A stretch of DNA of 62,623 nucleotides, the filler included. It is 7 parts of 7 records of this genome, joined end to end, with 100 filler letters (N's around TTAATTAATTAA, not from the genome) between each part and the next. Parts side by side here need not be neighbours in the genome. Positions count along the whole stretch, not along the records: positions 27,666 to 35,646 come from SRR31156797_13118; positions 35,747 to 42,468 come from SRR31156797_13123; 5 more parts are not named here. One strand, 5' to 3'. This document shows, one piece after another, positions 31,395-41,779 of this stretch (position 1 is its first letter; the number at the start of each line of letters is the position of its first letter). The notes under the pieces were generated by a model. The model was not told the origin of the DNA. It saw only the letters and a program-made list of their open reading frames with translations, and searched no databases. The translations under genes and the position numbers were made by a program.

Positions 31395-31973
31395 TCACTT
31401 GTTTTCTTCCTCAAACAGGAACTCCCCCCGCGGCTTTTTGAGCTTCCAGGTGCTCATCGATTCATCGGCTTCAAAACCCTCGCCAAAAATAACCCCATCA
31501 GGCGTGGTTCGTTTCACAAATACTTCTGAATAGATTCTTTTGGTTTTTTGATCCCAAACTACGTGCTCCGTATTCATCACCTCCTGTTTCTCGTGGTTTG
31601 TAATCACCACATCGTCCTTCACTTCCATAACTTTACGGTCTTCCCAGTTGATGCCATAATTTGCAGTAAGTTCTGATTTAACCACCATAACTGAGTCGTC
31701 GTAAAAATACAGGTGTAACCCTTCCGGGAATTCAATATAGGGATCATCATTGATAAACCTGTTTAATTTCGGTGTAATCAGCTTGATCATTACGTTACCC
31801 GAGTCACTGTAGATCAGTTCAACATCTTTGGCTGTTTCACTGGGCAGCGAATCATCCACTGTAAAAGATGTTATGGTTTCCATATCATTTTTACATGCAA
31901 AAAGCATCGTTGCAATTAAGGCTGCAACAATGCTTTTAAATAATGTTTTGGAAAATAAATCTGATTCTATCAT
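31395..31973 (-). CDS. lptC: LPS export protein LptC (Bacteroidota type)
   Basis: Lipobox-like LFAC, YSDSG, EFPEG, beta-jellyroll-like sequence; usual position between TPR and CorC genes. Confidence 0.8.
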   Translation of the reverse strand: MIESDLFSKTLFKSIVAALIATMLFACKNDMETITSFTVDDSLPSETAKDVELIYSDSGNVMIKLITPKLNRFINDDPYIEFPEGLHLYFYDDSVMVVKSELTANYGINWEDRKVMEVKDDVVITNHEKQEVMNTEHVVWDQKTKRIYSEVFVKRTTPDGVIFGEGFEADESMSTWKLKKPRGEFLFEEENK

Positions 31974-31995
31974 CAGTTATATCACGCTGATACTA

Positions 31996-33402
31996 TTATT
32001 TCAGGGCTCTCACCTTGGTTGTTTCGTTTATCCAACAACCTACGGTGTATGAATCTCCTTCGGCAAGGTCGTAAAAGAATATGGTCTCGCTATTTGGAAA
32101 TTGTTTCGAATAAATTTTAATACGGCTTTTGGCCATTTCTTCAACACTGGGATCAACATTTTTAGCCTGGTTATATTTGTCAACCGCAGCCCAGTAAGCA
32201 ACTTTTTTGGTCAGGTCGTTATCTCCACAATCACTTGCACTTGCAGCATACAAATCACCTATCAAAATTAACGCATTACCATCTTCAGGCCGCAGGTCCA
32301 GCACATTGCGTGCATAGGTACGGGCTTTTGTGAGGTTATTTTTATGATTATAAACATTTGCCAGGATCAGGAAAACATCGGCTTTTCTACCTTCATCTTC
32401 CAGCGCCAGTGCATCTTCGAGGTACGGGATGGCCTCATCATACTGGTTTTTCTTGATCAGCATTCTTGCGATCATAAAACTTGAGTTTGGTGATGGTTCA
32501 AGCTCGTTGAGTTTTACTGAAGTTTCAAAAAACAGGTCTGATTCGGTACAATCTTTTTTATCGAGCATACCTGTAATTTTCTTTAACAGTTCAATATTTT
32601 CAGGATCTTCCTGGAATTTTACCTCATAAATCGGGATCAGGTCCTCGCAGGTAGCATATGGCTCAAATGACAGCTCGATGTTTCCTTTAACATTTTCCCA
32701 TGCGGAGGTCGACTTGGAATCGTTTGCAGCCTTGGCTTTTTTCAGGTTCGAATCGATAATTTGGCTCAACTCATCATAGGTCTCAACCAGGACGACTTTT
32801 TCCAGTTTATCAGCGTCCACCATTTTAATTACAGTTCTGAAATAATAAACCAGAACAAAAGACTCTGATTTGTTACCGCGGAGTTCAACCGATTTCTTGA
32901 AAATGTGATAAGCTTTTTCATACTCTTCCGGCATATATTTGAGCAGGTCGGAACCTTTACGCCCCAGCACATAACCTTCACGGCCAAAATATTTAATCCG
33001 CTGGTCGTAAACCATCATTAAGGTATCAACATACCTGGCTTTATCCTCTTTTGAGCCGGCTTTCTTCATGAAAAATTCAATCATGTTTGCCCCGTCAATA
33101 TATGCATTTTGTGATGATTCCGGACAATTAAAGAAAACCCAGCGCCATGGCCCGATCGCATCATTTACCGACGGACTTTTATATCCACTTGCTTTCCATT
33201 GTTTATAAAATTCGCGGTAAAGTGAAAGTTTCACGATGCAGGTTGCACTGTCTTTTCCGTATTTACCATAATCCTGGGGAATAAACGCATGCTCATCCAG
33301 CTGATTTTTAGATGTAGCTTCTGTGTTAGTGGCTAAAGCACTACCTGTTATCATCACAAGTGTGATTAGTCCTAATAATGCTTTTTTAAAAGTAGTTTTC
33401 AT
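31996..33402 (-). CDS. Exported tetratricopeptide-repeat protein
   Basis: Signal peptide from MKTTFKK (ATG 33402), TPR helices, conserved C-terminus YWAAVDK...VGCWINETT. Confidence 0.8.
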   Translation of the reverse strand: MKTTFKKALLGLITLVMITGSALATNTEATSKNQLDEHAFIPQDYGKYGKDSATCIVKLSLYREFYKQWKASGYKSPSVNDAIGPWRWVFFNCPESSQNAYIDGANMIEFFMKKAGSKEDKARYVDTLMMVYDQRIKYFGREGYVLGRKGSDLLKYMPEEYEKAYHIFKKSVELRGNKSESFVLVYYFRTVIKMVDADKLEKVVLVETYDELSQIIDSNLKKAKAANDSKSTSAWENVKGNIELSFEPYATCEDLIPIYEVKFQEDPENIELLKKITGMLDKKDCTESDLFFETSVKLNELEPSPNSSFMIARMLIKKNQYDEAIPYLEDALALEDEGRKADVFLILANVYNHKNNLTKARTYARNVLDLRPEDGNALILIGDLYAASASDCGDNDLTKKVAYWAAVDKYNQAKNVDPSVEEMAKSRIKIYSKQFPNSETIFFYDLAEGDSYTVGCWINETTKVRALK

Positions 33403-33448
33403 TTTAAAACGATTTTTATTCAAAGATAAAAGTACTTAATATTTCAAA

Positions 33449-34741
33449 TTAGTTGTATTTATTTTTCACAAACCATCGCTCCCAAACTGATATCCCGAGT
33501 GTTAACCTCAGGTAGTTGTTCTGGATAAGCCCGGAAGCGGTAGTTCCTTTTCTGCCAACCTCAACAGCAACATTTATTGTTGACAAAGAACGAGGTATTG
33601 GTAAACCCATTCCAAAAGTTATTCCAAACTCATTTATTCGGTTATCCCGGATATTTAAATAAGTTTGGTTATATCTGAATCCAAGGCGATACTTTACTCT
33701 TTTCCAATAGCTTGCGGTGATAGATGCTACCGGAGTAAATTCACCGCCTATATTTATTTGCATGGTGTTCTCCAGGGAATCACTTCTCCCAAAAGCTTCA
33801 AAATCACTCCAGTTTTGCCATGAATAATCAGCACCAAACATCCAACTTCCTTCATTTTTCAGGGTGAAACCAAACCCATATTTGTCCGGGATTATGAGTT
33901 CTCCTTCGTTTTCGATACGGCTGGAGATGGTGTCTCGGAATGATTCAATGCCAAGGCTTGTCGGGAAAAAAGACCTTGCCAGGTAATTTTCCACCGCATT
34001 TACTGATTGTTTGGGAGCATAAATAGCACCAATTCCAAGGGTCAGGTCTCTACTCAGTTTATGGTGATATTGCATGCCGTACTCAAAATAGAGATCGCCA
34101 ACTTCGATGTAATTGTCGACTCTGGTGTTGAGGTACCCAACCGAGTCCGGGAAAAATATGATACGCGCTAAATCTGATTTTCCAAACATGTACGACATTT
34201 TTGCACCAATGGAAAACCCTTCGAAAGGTTCGATGGAAGCATTGCCATAAAATTCGTTAAGCCCTCCCGAGCCTTCAAACCGGTATTCGGTGGAGCCAAC
34301 ACCTTCGATAACAGTTGCTGACGAAATATTATAGCCTACATTGCTGTATGGTGTTAAGCCAATTGAAGTTTTTAGCCATTTGGTAACCGGAAAACCAAAA
34401 AGCAGATATCCCAGTGATGCGTAATTGGTTGAGTTGCTGAATTCATCATTTTTTAGTGATCCTACACTGCCGATAATGCCTCCCGAAAAAATAAAAGAAA
34501 GTGAATCGAAGGCAAAGTTGGATGCCGGGTTGTAAGGGTTGATGTAGCGATTACTGGCAACAGCCATTGATATTCCACCCATCGAAAACTGGTAGGCGTT
34601 TCTTCTTGAACTTATTTCGCCAACGCCGAAACGTGAATAAGGTGAATTGATTGCGATTTGGGTTGATCCCGAAAAGGCAACGAGAAAAAATAGTGTGGTA
34701 AGAAATAAATTTCTGGCTGCGCGCTTGTTGCTATCTGACAT
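33449..34741 (-). CDS. Outer-membrane beta-barrel protein (FadL-like Bacteroidota family)
   Basis: Signal peptide, NSPYSRFG, MGG, NPA, GSGGL, C-terminal ERWF..KY. Confidence 0.72.
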   Translation of the reverse strand: MSDSNKRAARNLFLTTLFFLVAFSGSTQIAINSPYSRFGVGEISSRRNAYQFSMGGISMAVASNRYINPYNPASNFAFDSLSFIFSGGIIGSVGSLKNDEFSNSTNYASLGYLLFGFPVTKWLKTSIGLTPYSNVGYNISSATVIEGVGSTEYRFEGSGGLNEFYGNASIEPFEGFSIGAKMSYMFGKSDLARIIFFPDSVGYLNTRVDNYIEVGDLYFEYGMQYHHKLSRDLTLGIGAIYAPKQSVNAVENYLARSFFPTSLGIESFRDTISSRIENEGELIIPDKYGFGFTLKNEGSWMFGADYSWQNWSDFEAFGRSDSLENTMQINIGGEFTPVASITASYWKRVKYRLGFRYNQTYLNIRDNRINEFGITFGMGLPIPRSLSTINVAVEVGRKGTTASGLIQNNYLRLTLGISVWERWFVKNKYN

Positions 34742-35498
34742 TAAAATTTAAAATTTCATTCAACCCTTTGAGAACCAAATTTGGGACTGCAAAGATGTTA
34801 CTTTTTAGTTTCTTGGCAAAAAATTTCGCGTCTCCCCCGGTGATTAAAACCTTCAACCCGCTGTGTCTTTTTTCATATTCACCAATTATACCGTCAAATT
34901 CCGCAACTATACCGTTCAAAACCCCTGACAATATTGATTCTTCGGTGCTTGCACCGGACAGACCATCGAAATTTTGGTGTTTAACTAACGGCAACCTCTG
35001 GGTAAAAGTATGTAAGGCTTTAAAGCGCATATTGATTCCAGGGGAAATGCCGCCGCCATGGTAATTTCGTGCTGCATCAATAAAATCAAAAGTGATGCAG
35101 GTGCCGGCGTCGATTACCAGAGATGGTTTGTTGGGAAACATTTTGGAGGCTGCCACAGCAACAGCCAGCCTGTCCTTTCCAAGTGTATCGGGTGTTTTAT
35201 ACAGATTTGTAATTGGTATGGGCGTGGTATGAGAGAGCTCCGTCAACTCAAAGTTTTTATTCAGGTATTTCAGGGCCGCAACCGGAACCTTAACGACACT
35301 CGAAATGATGGCATGGTGTGCCGCGTATTCAGCAACAAGTCTATTTACAACGGATTCGTCAAATGCAGGTACGGTGACTAACTTAAAAATTTCATCATTT
35401 TTAAAGAGGGCGATTTTTACCAGAGTATTCCCAAAATCGATGATGAGCCGATGTTGTCCTGTATGCTTGAATTTTTTTTTTGTGATATTGGCTGTCAT
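34731..35498 (-). CDS. coaX: Type III pantothenate kinase
   Basis: IDFGNT, LGKDR, IDAGTCITFD, GGGISPG, TGGDA motifs. Confidence 0.93.
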   Translation of the reverse strand: MTANITKKKFKHTGQHRLIIDFGNTLVKIALFKNDEIFKLVTVPAFDESVVNRLVAEYAAHHAIISSVVKVPVAALKYLNKNFELTELSHTTPIPITNLYKTPDTLGKDRLAVAVAASKMFPNKPSLVIDAGTCITFDFIDAARNYHGGGISPGINMRFKALHTFTQRLPLVKHQNFDGLSGASTEESILSGVLNGIVAEFDGIIGEYEKRHSGLKVLITGGDAKFFAKKLKSNIFAVPNLVLKGLNEILNFNVR

Positions 35499-35590
35499 AA
35501 GAAATTGATAGACAAGAATTAAGATAATTTAAACTGTTTTTAAATTGATGCCGAAGGTAAAAATATTTGTTTGGTTTCAGAAAACAATTA

Positions 35591-35598
35591 TAAATTTG
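35591..35598 (+). promoter_or_regulatory. Bacteroidota promoter -7 element for the tRNA gene
   Basis: TAAATTTG(CA) 19 nt upstream of the tRNA, with TTTG copies further upstream. Confidence 0.65.
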
Positions 35599-35616
35599 CA
35601 CTCCATTTTTACGGAT

Positions 35617-35646
35617 GGTGCCATAGCTCAGTTGGTAGAGCAACGG
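35617..35646 (+). tRNA. 5' fragment of a tRNA, probably tRNA-Phe (anticodon not in window)
   Basis: GGTGCCATAGCTCAGTTGGTAGAGCAACGG gives the acceptor 5' strand plus D-arm. Isotype inferred from resemblance to Bacteroidota tRNA-Phe. Confidence 0.8.
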
Positions 35647-35746
35647 NNNNNNNNNNNNNNNNNNNNNNNNNNNNNNNNNNNNNNNNNNNNTTAATTAATT
35701 AANNNNNNNNNNNNNNNNNNNNNNNNNNNNNNNNNNNNNNNNNNNN
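35647..35746. other. Artificial contig linker
   Basis: N44-TTAATTAATTAA-N44. Confidence 0.97.
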
Positions 35747-35786
35747 TCATCTCGTCAGATTTCCTCTCTCGCGTTTCTTGGACCAT
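35747..35786 (-). CDS. Start of a downstream gene of the ABC operon (MVQETRERKSDEM...), truncated
   Basis: AGGAG RBS then ATG at 35786, 20 nt after the ATPase stop; frame open to the linker. Confidence 0.45.
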
Positions 35787-35806
35787 CGTAAAGACTCCTG
35801 GACAGC

Positions 35807-37558
35807 CTATATGTGGTCCGCCGAACGCAGTACGCAATCGCGTTCGTTTGTCGCTTCGTCCAGCCAACCGATGCGCAGGTGGGGGACGGAAGCCATCAAC
35901 ACTTTGGTATATAGATGTTCCGGTTGGGTGATGACCTTTTCAACCGGTCCTTGTTCCACGATTTCTCCTTCAGACATGACGACAATCTCCTTGGCCAAAG
36001 AAGCAATGGTTGAAATATCGTGGGTGATGAATAAAAAGGTAATGCCGAGTTTAGAGTGAAGCGCTTTGATCAAGTCGATGATCGACATTCGTACGACGGT
36101 GTCAAGACCGGAGGTCACCTCATCGCAAATCACAATTTCCGGATTGGCGGCAAACGCCCGTGCCAGGTTGACCCGCTGCTTCTGCCCGCCGGAGAGTTCG
36201 TGGGGTTTGCGGAGTTTGATTTCTCCGGGCAATTGGACCAACTCCAATAAATCCTCTATTTTTTCTTTCAGCTGTTTTCCGGTAAACCCCTGGAAATACT
36301 CTACGGGGCGGCCGAGAATTTTCTCGATGGTATGGGCCGGGTTCAGAGCCGTGTCGGCCATCTGGAAAACCATTTGGATGCGACGCAACTCATCCTTGGA
36401 TCGTTTTCTTGCGGATGGTTGTAGGGGATTTCCCCATAAGCGCACTTCGCCCTTGGCCAAAGGGTGCAGGCCTGCAATAACCCGACCCAGTGTTGTTTTC
36501 CCCGATCCGGACTCACCAATGATTCCAACGATGGATGAATTCGAGACATCCAGACTGATCTTTTTCAGGATCGATTTCTTGGGCAAACCGTTTTTCATGA
36601 GTCCGCCGTAACCGGCAATCAACTTTCGGATTTCAAGCAACGATCCGCCTGTTTTATCAGCTGATGGTTGTGCAGAAATGTCAGGGTTGCTTGCCATTAT
36701 GCGCTTGACCTCTGCGTCGCCACACGTGTTTTTGCGTCGCTCCATCAGGTTGTCGCAGGCACTTGCCAAAGCGGAGTCGGGGTCACAGGCGGCCATTAAC
36801 ATACGCGTGTAATCGTGAGTGGGATTGCAAATGATCTCCTCCGTGGTGCCCTGTTCCATGATTTCACCGTTGAGGAGTACGATGATTCGGTCGGCAATTT
36901 GAGCAACAACGGCTAAGTCATGGCTTACGTACATTGTCGCGACACCCTGTTTTCTGACGAGTTCCTTGAAGGCTTTGAGCACCTCAATCTGGGTGGTAAC
37001 GTCAAGCGCTGTGGTCGGCTCGTCAAAAATCAGCATTTCAGGTCCGCAACACATGGCCATTGCTGCCATCAATCGTTGAAGCTGCCCCCCCGACACCTGG
37101 TGAGGAAATCGCCGCCCGAACGTATCCGGATTCGGCAGCATTAATTGTTCATAGATTTCAATTGCTTTCGATCGTGCCGCCTCAGGCGTCATGATTTTGT
37201 GAATGAGTGCGGATTCAATTACTTGGGAGTTGATTCGAAGCGCCGGATTGAACGCAGCGGCAGCACTTTGGGCCACATAGGCAACCCGTCTTCCCCGAAA
37301 GCCTCTTAACGTTTTTCCTCTTAGGGAAAGCACATCGGTGGTGCCAAACCTTACGGAACCGGCTGATATTCTCAATCCCGGTCGCACATACCCCATTGCA
37401 GAAAGGCAAATTGTGGTTTTTCCAGACCCTGACTCTCCTATGAGGGCGACCACTTCGCCTCGATTGATGGTTAGGTCGATGTTGCGGACGATGGGAGTCG
37501 TTGATTCCTTGCCCTCAATATCGATCTGCAGCCCTTTAATCTCCACAAGCGCTTCCAT
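35807..37558 (-). CDS. Opp/Dpp-family ABC ATP-binding protein with two fused NBDs
   Basis: Two GESGSGKT Walker A motifs, SGGQ signatures, FDEPT and CDEVT Walker B motifs. Confidence 0.93.
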   Translation of the reverse strand: MEALVEIKGLQIDIEGKESTTPIVRNIDLTINRGEVVALIGESGSGKTTICLSAMGYVRPGLRISAGSVRFGTTDVLSLRGKTLRGFRGRRVAYVAQSAAAAFNPALRINSQVIESALIHKIMTPEAARSKAIEIYEQLMLPNPDTFGRRFPHQVSGGQLQRLMAAMAMCCGPEMLIFDEPTTALDVTTQIEVLKAFKELVRKQGVATMYVSHDLAVVAQIADRIIVLLNGEIMEQGTTEEIICNPTHDYTRMLMAACDPDSALASACDNLMERRKNTCGDAEVKRIMASNPDISAQPSADKTGGSLLEIRKLIAGYGGLMKNGLPKKSILKKISLDVSNSSIVGIIGESGSGKTTLGRVIAGLHPLAKGEVRLWGNPLQPSARKRSKDELRRIQMVFQMADTALNPAHTIEKILGRPVEYFQGFTGKQLKEKIEDLLELVQLPGEIKLRKPHELSGGQKQRVNLARAFAANPEIVICDEVTSGLDTVVRMSIIDLIKALHSKLGITFLFITHDISTIASLAKEIVVMSEGEIVEQGPVEKVITQPEHLYTKVLMASVPHLRIGWLDEATNERDCVLRSADHI

Positions 37559-38424
37559 TAAGTGATCCTCCTCGCAACTTCCTGACCCGACCGGGCAATG
37601 TAGTCGTCAACAATCAAATTGAGAGCGATAGTGAGACTTGCAATGGCCAAAGCGGGTATGATGGGGGCCAGGGATTGGGAACTCAATCCGATGAGGTTCT
37701 CCCGGACCATGCTGCCCCAATCGGCGCGGGGCGGTTGAACGCCAAGGCCGAGAAAACTCAACGCGCTCATAAACCGAATGGAAAACGAAAGACGAATGCC
37801 GAAATCCACAATTAAGGGAATCGCCGCGTTCGGAAAAATTTCGTGCCGCAAGATCCACCAGAGGCTTTCTCCGCGTCCTCTTGCCACTTCCACATAGTCC
37901 ATAACGCGGAGGTCCAAGCCTAACGCTCTGGCAATTCTGAACACAGAACACGCGTAGACAAGTCCCGTCGTACAGATCAATATGGGAATGGACGATCCCA
38001 GCGCAGCAATGATGACGAGCCCCAGAAGAATGCCGGGAACGGAGAGCAGGGCATCATTGAGTCGGCATAACAAACTATCGACCCATTTGCCTTTAACGGC
38101 GGCCAATATGCCCAATGCGGAACCCACCGAACTGGCAATCAAAGTGGCGACGATAGCCATGCCGATCGTCAGGCGCGTGCCCACAATCAGGCGGGAGAAG
38201 ATGTCCCGCCCGATGTAATCGGTGCCCAATAAAAACGCTTTGCTGGGGGGCAAAAAACTCTCATCGGATACAAAGTCCGACTCTGAATACGGGGAAAGAC
38301 TTGGGCCGAATAAGGCAATAAAAAGACAGATTACAAGTATAAGGATACCGCACCACGCTGAAAAGCGCAGTTTGAACTTCTGTCTGACAATGGCATCGCC
38401 TCTGCCTTTTAACTTTTCATTCAT
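37558..38424 (-). CDS. Opp/Dpp-family ABC permease (DppC-like)
   Basis: LLGTDYIGRDIFSR, EAA-like loop YVEVARGRG, LSFLGLG...DWG. Start moved to MNEK (38424) to avoid overlap. Confidence 0.9.
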   Translation of the reverse strand: MNEKLKGRGDAIVRQKFKLRFSAWCGILILVICLFIALFGPSLSPYSESDFVSDESFLPPSKAFLLGTDYIGRDIFSRLIVGTRLTIGMAIVATLIASSVGSALGILAAVKGKWVDSLLCRLNDALLSVPGILLGLVIIAALGSSIPILICTTGLVYACSVFRIARALGLDLRVMDYVEVARGRGESLWWILRHEIFPNAAIPLIVDFGIRLSFSIRFMSALSFLGLGVQPPRADWGSMVRENLIGLSSQSLAPIIPALAIASLTIALNLIVDDYIARSGQEVARRIT

Positions 38425-38449
38425 CTGCTTATCTTTCAATGGATCAAGT

Positions 38450-39397
38450 TTACCTCGAATGCCACAAACGTGGGTTTGAAACGATGGAAACGATGTCAGC
38501 CAGCAACATAAAAAACACATAAGCGATGCAAAAGATCAATGCGCAGGACTGCACCACAGGAAAATCCCTGGTTGACACGGCGTCGACGATCAGCTTTGCC
38601 AACCCCGGGTAGGCAAAAATCATTTCCACGATGACCACACCGCCAATCAAAAAGGTCATATTTAAAGCAACAACGTTGGCGACAGGACCGATAACGTTGA
38701 CCAGCGCGTGCCTGAAGATGATGCGGCCGCGCGAGGCGCCTTTGAGCACCGCCATTTCGATATATGGGGAGTCTAGGATATTCAGGATGGTGGCCCTTGT
38801 CATGCGTGCCATCTGTGCCGTGATCGTAAAGGCAAGCGTCATCACCGGCATGGCCATGGAGGCAACAAGCCTGCCCAAAGAATCGTATTCCGTTATATAG
38901 GAGATGGAGGGCAGCCAACCGAGATAGACGGAAAAAATCATAACGAGAAGACTGCCCGTTAAAAATTCAGGAACGGCAACCAGATATAAGGTAACCACGG
39001 ACACTGTGCGGTCAAATACGCTTCCAGGAAACATGGCTGCCAAGAGTCCTAAAACGATTGCGGCCGGGACGGACACCGCAGCTGTTACGGCCGCCAAAAG
39101 AATGGTATTGCCCAAACGATCCGTGATGATGTCCGAGATGGGGGTGCCACTGGATAACGACACCCCCAGGTCTCCACTCAGAAAACCCTTCAGCCAATCA
39201 AAATAGCGGATCAAAGGAGGGCGGTCCAAGCCAAGCTCGCTGCGGAGTGCGGCCACGGTTTCCGGCGTCGCCGATTGCCCGAGGATTGCTTCGGCAACAT
39301 CGCCCGGCAACAATTCTGTTCCCGCAAAGACGATAACCGTCACAAACCATAAGGTAATTAGACTTATGGCCAATCGTCTGGTAATCATGCCAATCAT
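38450..39397 (-). CDS. Opp/Dpp-family ABC permease (DppB-like)
   Basis: LPGD, GLDRP, GDLGVS, EAA-like YIEMAVLKG, VEMIFAYPG, RDFPVVQ, NPRL. Confidence 0.92.
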   Translation of the reverse strand: MIGMITRRLAISLITLWFVTVIVFAGTELLPGDVAEAILGQSATPETVAALRSELGLDRPPLIRYFDWLKGFLSGDLGVSLSSGTPISDIITDRLGNTILLAAVTAAVSVPAAIVLGLLAAMFPGSVFDRTVSVVTLYLVAVPEFLTGSLLVMIFSVYLGWLPSISYITEYDSLGRLVASMAMPVMTLAFTITAQMARMTRATILNILDSPYIEMAVLKGASRGRIIFRHALVNVIGPVANVVALNMTFLIGGVVIVEMIFAYPGLAKLIVDAVSTRDFPVVQSCALIFCIAYVFFMLLADIVSIVSNPRLWHSR

Positions 39398-39531
39398 TTG
39401 TGTGCAACCTATTGTTTAGCGATGGGTAAGTAGCAAAAGCGCTTGCCTCATTTTTTGGTAGGACAAACGCGGCGGCAAACCGTATAAAAGTAAGTTACCG
39501 ATGTGGCCGCAGCTTTTAGGCCTTTTCATTT

Positions 39532-39568
39532 CACCCGACAGGGACCCAGCCAGGATCCCTGTCGGGTG
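39532..39568. terminator. Strong stem-loop after the substrate-binding gene (stabiliser or partial terminator)
   Basis: CACCCGACAGGGA-N11-TCCCTGTCGGGTG, a perfect 13-bp stem 19 nt downstream of the SBP stop; no long U-tract. Confidence 0.6.
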
Positions 39569-39586
39569 GTCTGTTCACCTGGGGGA

Positions 39587-41248
39587 CTAACTGTCAAGGT
39601 AGGCCGTGTCTGCGTAATTATAACCGCCAATGGTTCCCGTCTTACAGTGAATCAGTCCCTTTACCTTGCTGTTGATCGCACCGATATAGTTTGTAAAGCA
39701 GGGAACCGCATTGCATCCGTCCTCATACAGGATTTGCTGCAATTCGCCGTAAATCTCTTTGCGGAGTTTCATATCAAACGTTTCACGCCCCTGGTCGATA
39801 AGTTTGTCGACCTTTTCATTCTTGTATTGGCTTTCATTCCATTTCGCGTCTGATTTAAAGCCAATGGACAACAGCAGGTCATTGGTCGGCCTGGCGTTCC
39901 ACTCCGCGGCATGAAATGACCGTTTGCGCCAAATATTCGTCCAATAGCCGTCCTTGGGTTCCCTTTTCAGGTCTATGGTCAAACCGACCCGAGCCGCTTC
40001 CACCTGGAGCATCATACCCAGTTCGACGCTGGCATATGCGGCTTCGCTTACGTGCAGTTCCAGTTTGCCATTTTCCATGCCGGCCTTTTTCAGGTAATGT
40101 TTTGCCTTGTCTCTGTCCAAACCGCGCTGTGGCAGATTGGCGTTGTAATAGGGATCGTTTGGCGCAAATAGATGGTCGTTGCCAAGCTGCCCCATATTTT
40201 TCATAATTGTCTTCAGTACTTTTTCGCGATTGAAAAGATGTTTTATCGCCAGTCGAAGGTTTGGATTGTCAAACGGCGGCCGGTCGGCCATCATGACCAG
40301 GTGCGTAAAACGAGGGGCCGGTGTTGAAAAGATTTCAACGCCCTCTTTTTTATTGACATCTTCAACGGATGCCAAGGCAACGCTTGCGATCATGTGAACG
40401 TCTCCGGCATACAGTGCGTTCAAGCGGGCAGACTCATCGGAAATGCCGATAAGTTCTTGCTCGTCCATATAAGGGCGGCCCTCAAAAAAATAGTTCTCAT
40501 TTCGTATGCCTATGGACCGGATACCGGGTTTGAATTCTTTGACTTTATAGGGACCGGTTCCGACAGGCATTTTGAAATCCGTCGTCCCATTTTTGACAAT
40601 CATGAAGTGGCTGGTGCCCAAAAGGATCGGCAGGTCTCCATTGGGGCGGTGCAATTTTACGAGGACCGTATCCTTGCCGTCTGCCTTAACCGTTTCGATC
40701 AGGTCGGCAAGCCCTTTGGCATTCGATCCTACCTTGGGGTCCTTGTGACGCATGAGTGAATAGACCACGTCGTCGGCATCCAACGTTTTGCCATCGTGGA
40801 ACGTTACCCCCTTGCGCAGTTTGAAGACCCATTCTGTTGCTTCCGCGTTGGGTTCGAAGGTTGTTGCCAATTCCGGTTGGGCTTGGGCGTTCGTGTCAAG
40901 ACGGGTGAGGCTATTGTAGAACGTAAATCCGCGGATATAGTCTGTGGAATAAGAAAATCGAGCCGGATCCAGCGTGTCTTTTACGCTGGTGGATGATCCG
41001 GAAACGCGCATCCTGCCCCCTCTTTTCGGCGTCGCGGCAAACGCCTTTTTACCCAATGTCCCGACAATACTGGAGGCGGATACCATTGAAATACCCATGG
41101 CGGTCAGCCATTTAATGGCTTGGCGGCGGGTCATGCCTCCGGTTGACAATGCATCGACCAGCAAGGTGGTATCCTTGCTCTGCAAATCCAAGTTGGACGT
41201 GGCAACCGACGAACCGTCCCCTCGAAGTTGTTGTTTGTCCCTGCTCAT
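39587..41248 (-). CDS. Family-5 ABC substrate-binding protein with Tat signal
   Basis: MTRRQAIK twin-arginine leader, TLDPA, LRKGVTFHDG, GTGPY; AAGGAG RBS. Confidence 0.92.
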   Translation of the reverse strand: MSRDKQQLRGDGSSVATSNLDLQSKDTTLLVDALSTGGMTRRQAIKWLTAMGISMVSASSIVGTLGKKAFAATPKRGGRMRVSGSSTSVKDTLDPARFSYSTDYIRGFTFYNSLTRLDTNAQAQPELATTFEPNAEATEWVFKLRKGVTFHDGKTLDADDVVYSLMRHKDPKVGSNAKGLADLIETVKADGKDTVLVKLHRPNGDLPILLGTSHFMIVKNGTTDFKMPVGTGPYKVKEFKPGIRSIGIRNENYFFEGRPYMDEQELIGISDESARLNALYAGDVHMIASVALASVEDVNKKEGVEIFSTPAPRFTHLVMMADRPPFDNPNLRLAIKHLFNREKVLKTIMKNMGQLGNDHLFAPNDPYYNANLPQRGLDRDKAKHYLKKAGMENGKLELHVSEAAYASVELGMMLQVEAARVGLTIDLKREPKDGYWTNIWRKRSFHAAEWNARPTNDLLLSIGFKSDAKWNESQYKNEKVDKLIDQGRETFDMKLRKEIYGELQQILYEDGCNAVPCFTNYIGAINSKVKGLIHCKTGTIGGYNYADTAYLDS

Positions 41249-41375
41249 AATCGTCTCCTTTCAAATGGTTCGTTAGTGATGGGCCGGTACCACTGCTATC
41301 GATTTAATTCAGGGTCACCACAATTCATGTGTGAAGGGTGCGCTGTCCTTTGATCGCAATGGCGCTATCAATGTG

Positions 41376-41391
41376 TGCAAAAATGTATCCA
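41376..41391 (-). promoter_or_regulatory. Possible sigma54 (-24/-12) promoter of the ABC operon
   Basis: Minus strand TGGATACATTTTTGCA has exact GG-N10-GC spacing, about 130 nt upstream of the SBP start. It lacks the consensus C after GG. Confidence 0.35.
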
Positions 41392-41779
41392 TTAATTATC
41401 CGTCGTTGCCTCTAAGTGGCGCCTACGCTTATTAAACCTCAATTTCCTTTTGGTTATGAAGCCCTTCGGCCTTCTTTCTACGGGCACCGCATGCGCATTG
41501 TTTGCTGACTATAATCGTTTCAACGGAATTAAGAATTCATAAATGTATGCATTATGGTTTGCAGCATCTTGGATCCATTGTCAAGACATAAAACTACAAA
41601 AAAGCAAGAAACAATCGAAATAGTACAATATTGTAATTACCTGATAAGTTTTTTCCAAACCGGATGCCTCTGACCCGGTAACAACCCGATCGATGGAAGC
41701 ACTGTCGTGGTTTTGCATCTCCTGCGCATGGCCGGATATCCAAGCAATCCGCTTGGGGTGGTCGTTGACTCTGCAGTGG

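Noticed and set aside
38425-38520. N-terminal extension MCFLCCW... of the DppC-like permease
   Set aside because: Overlaps the upstream permease by about 70 nt; ATG 38424 gives a normal-length protein.
41249-41779. Riboswitch or sRNA in the 530-nt region upstream of the SBP gene
   Set aside because: No recognisable aptamer consensus or terminator/antiterminator seen by eye. An Rfam/Infernal scan would be needed to exclude it.
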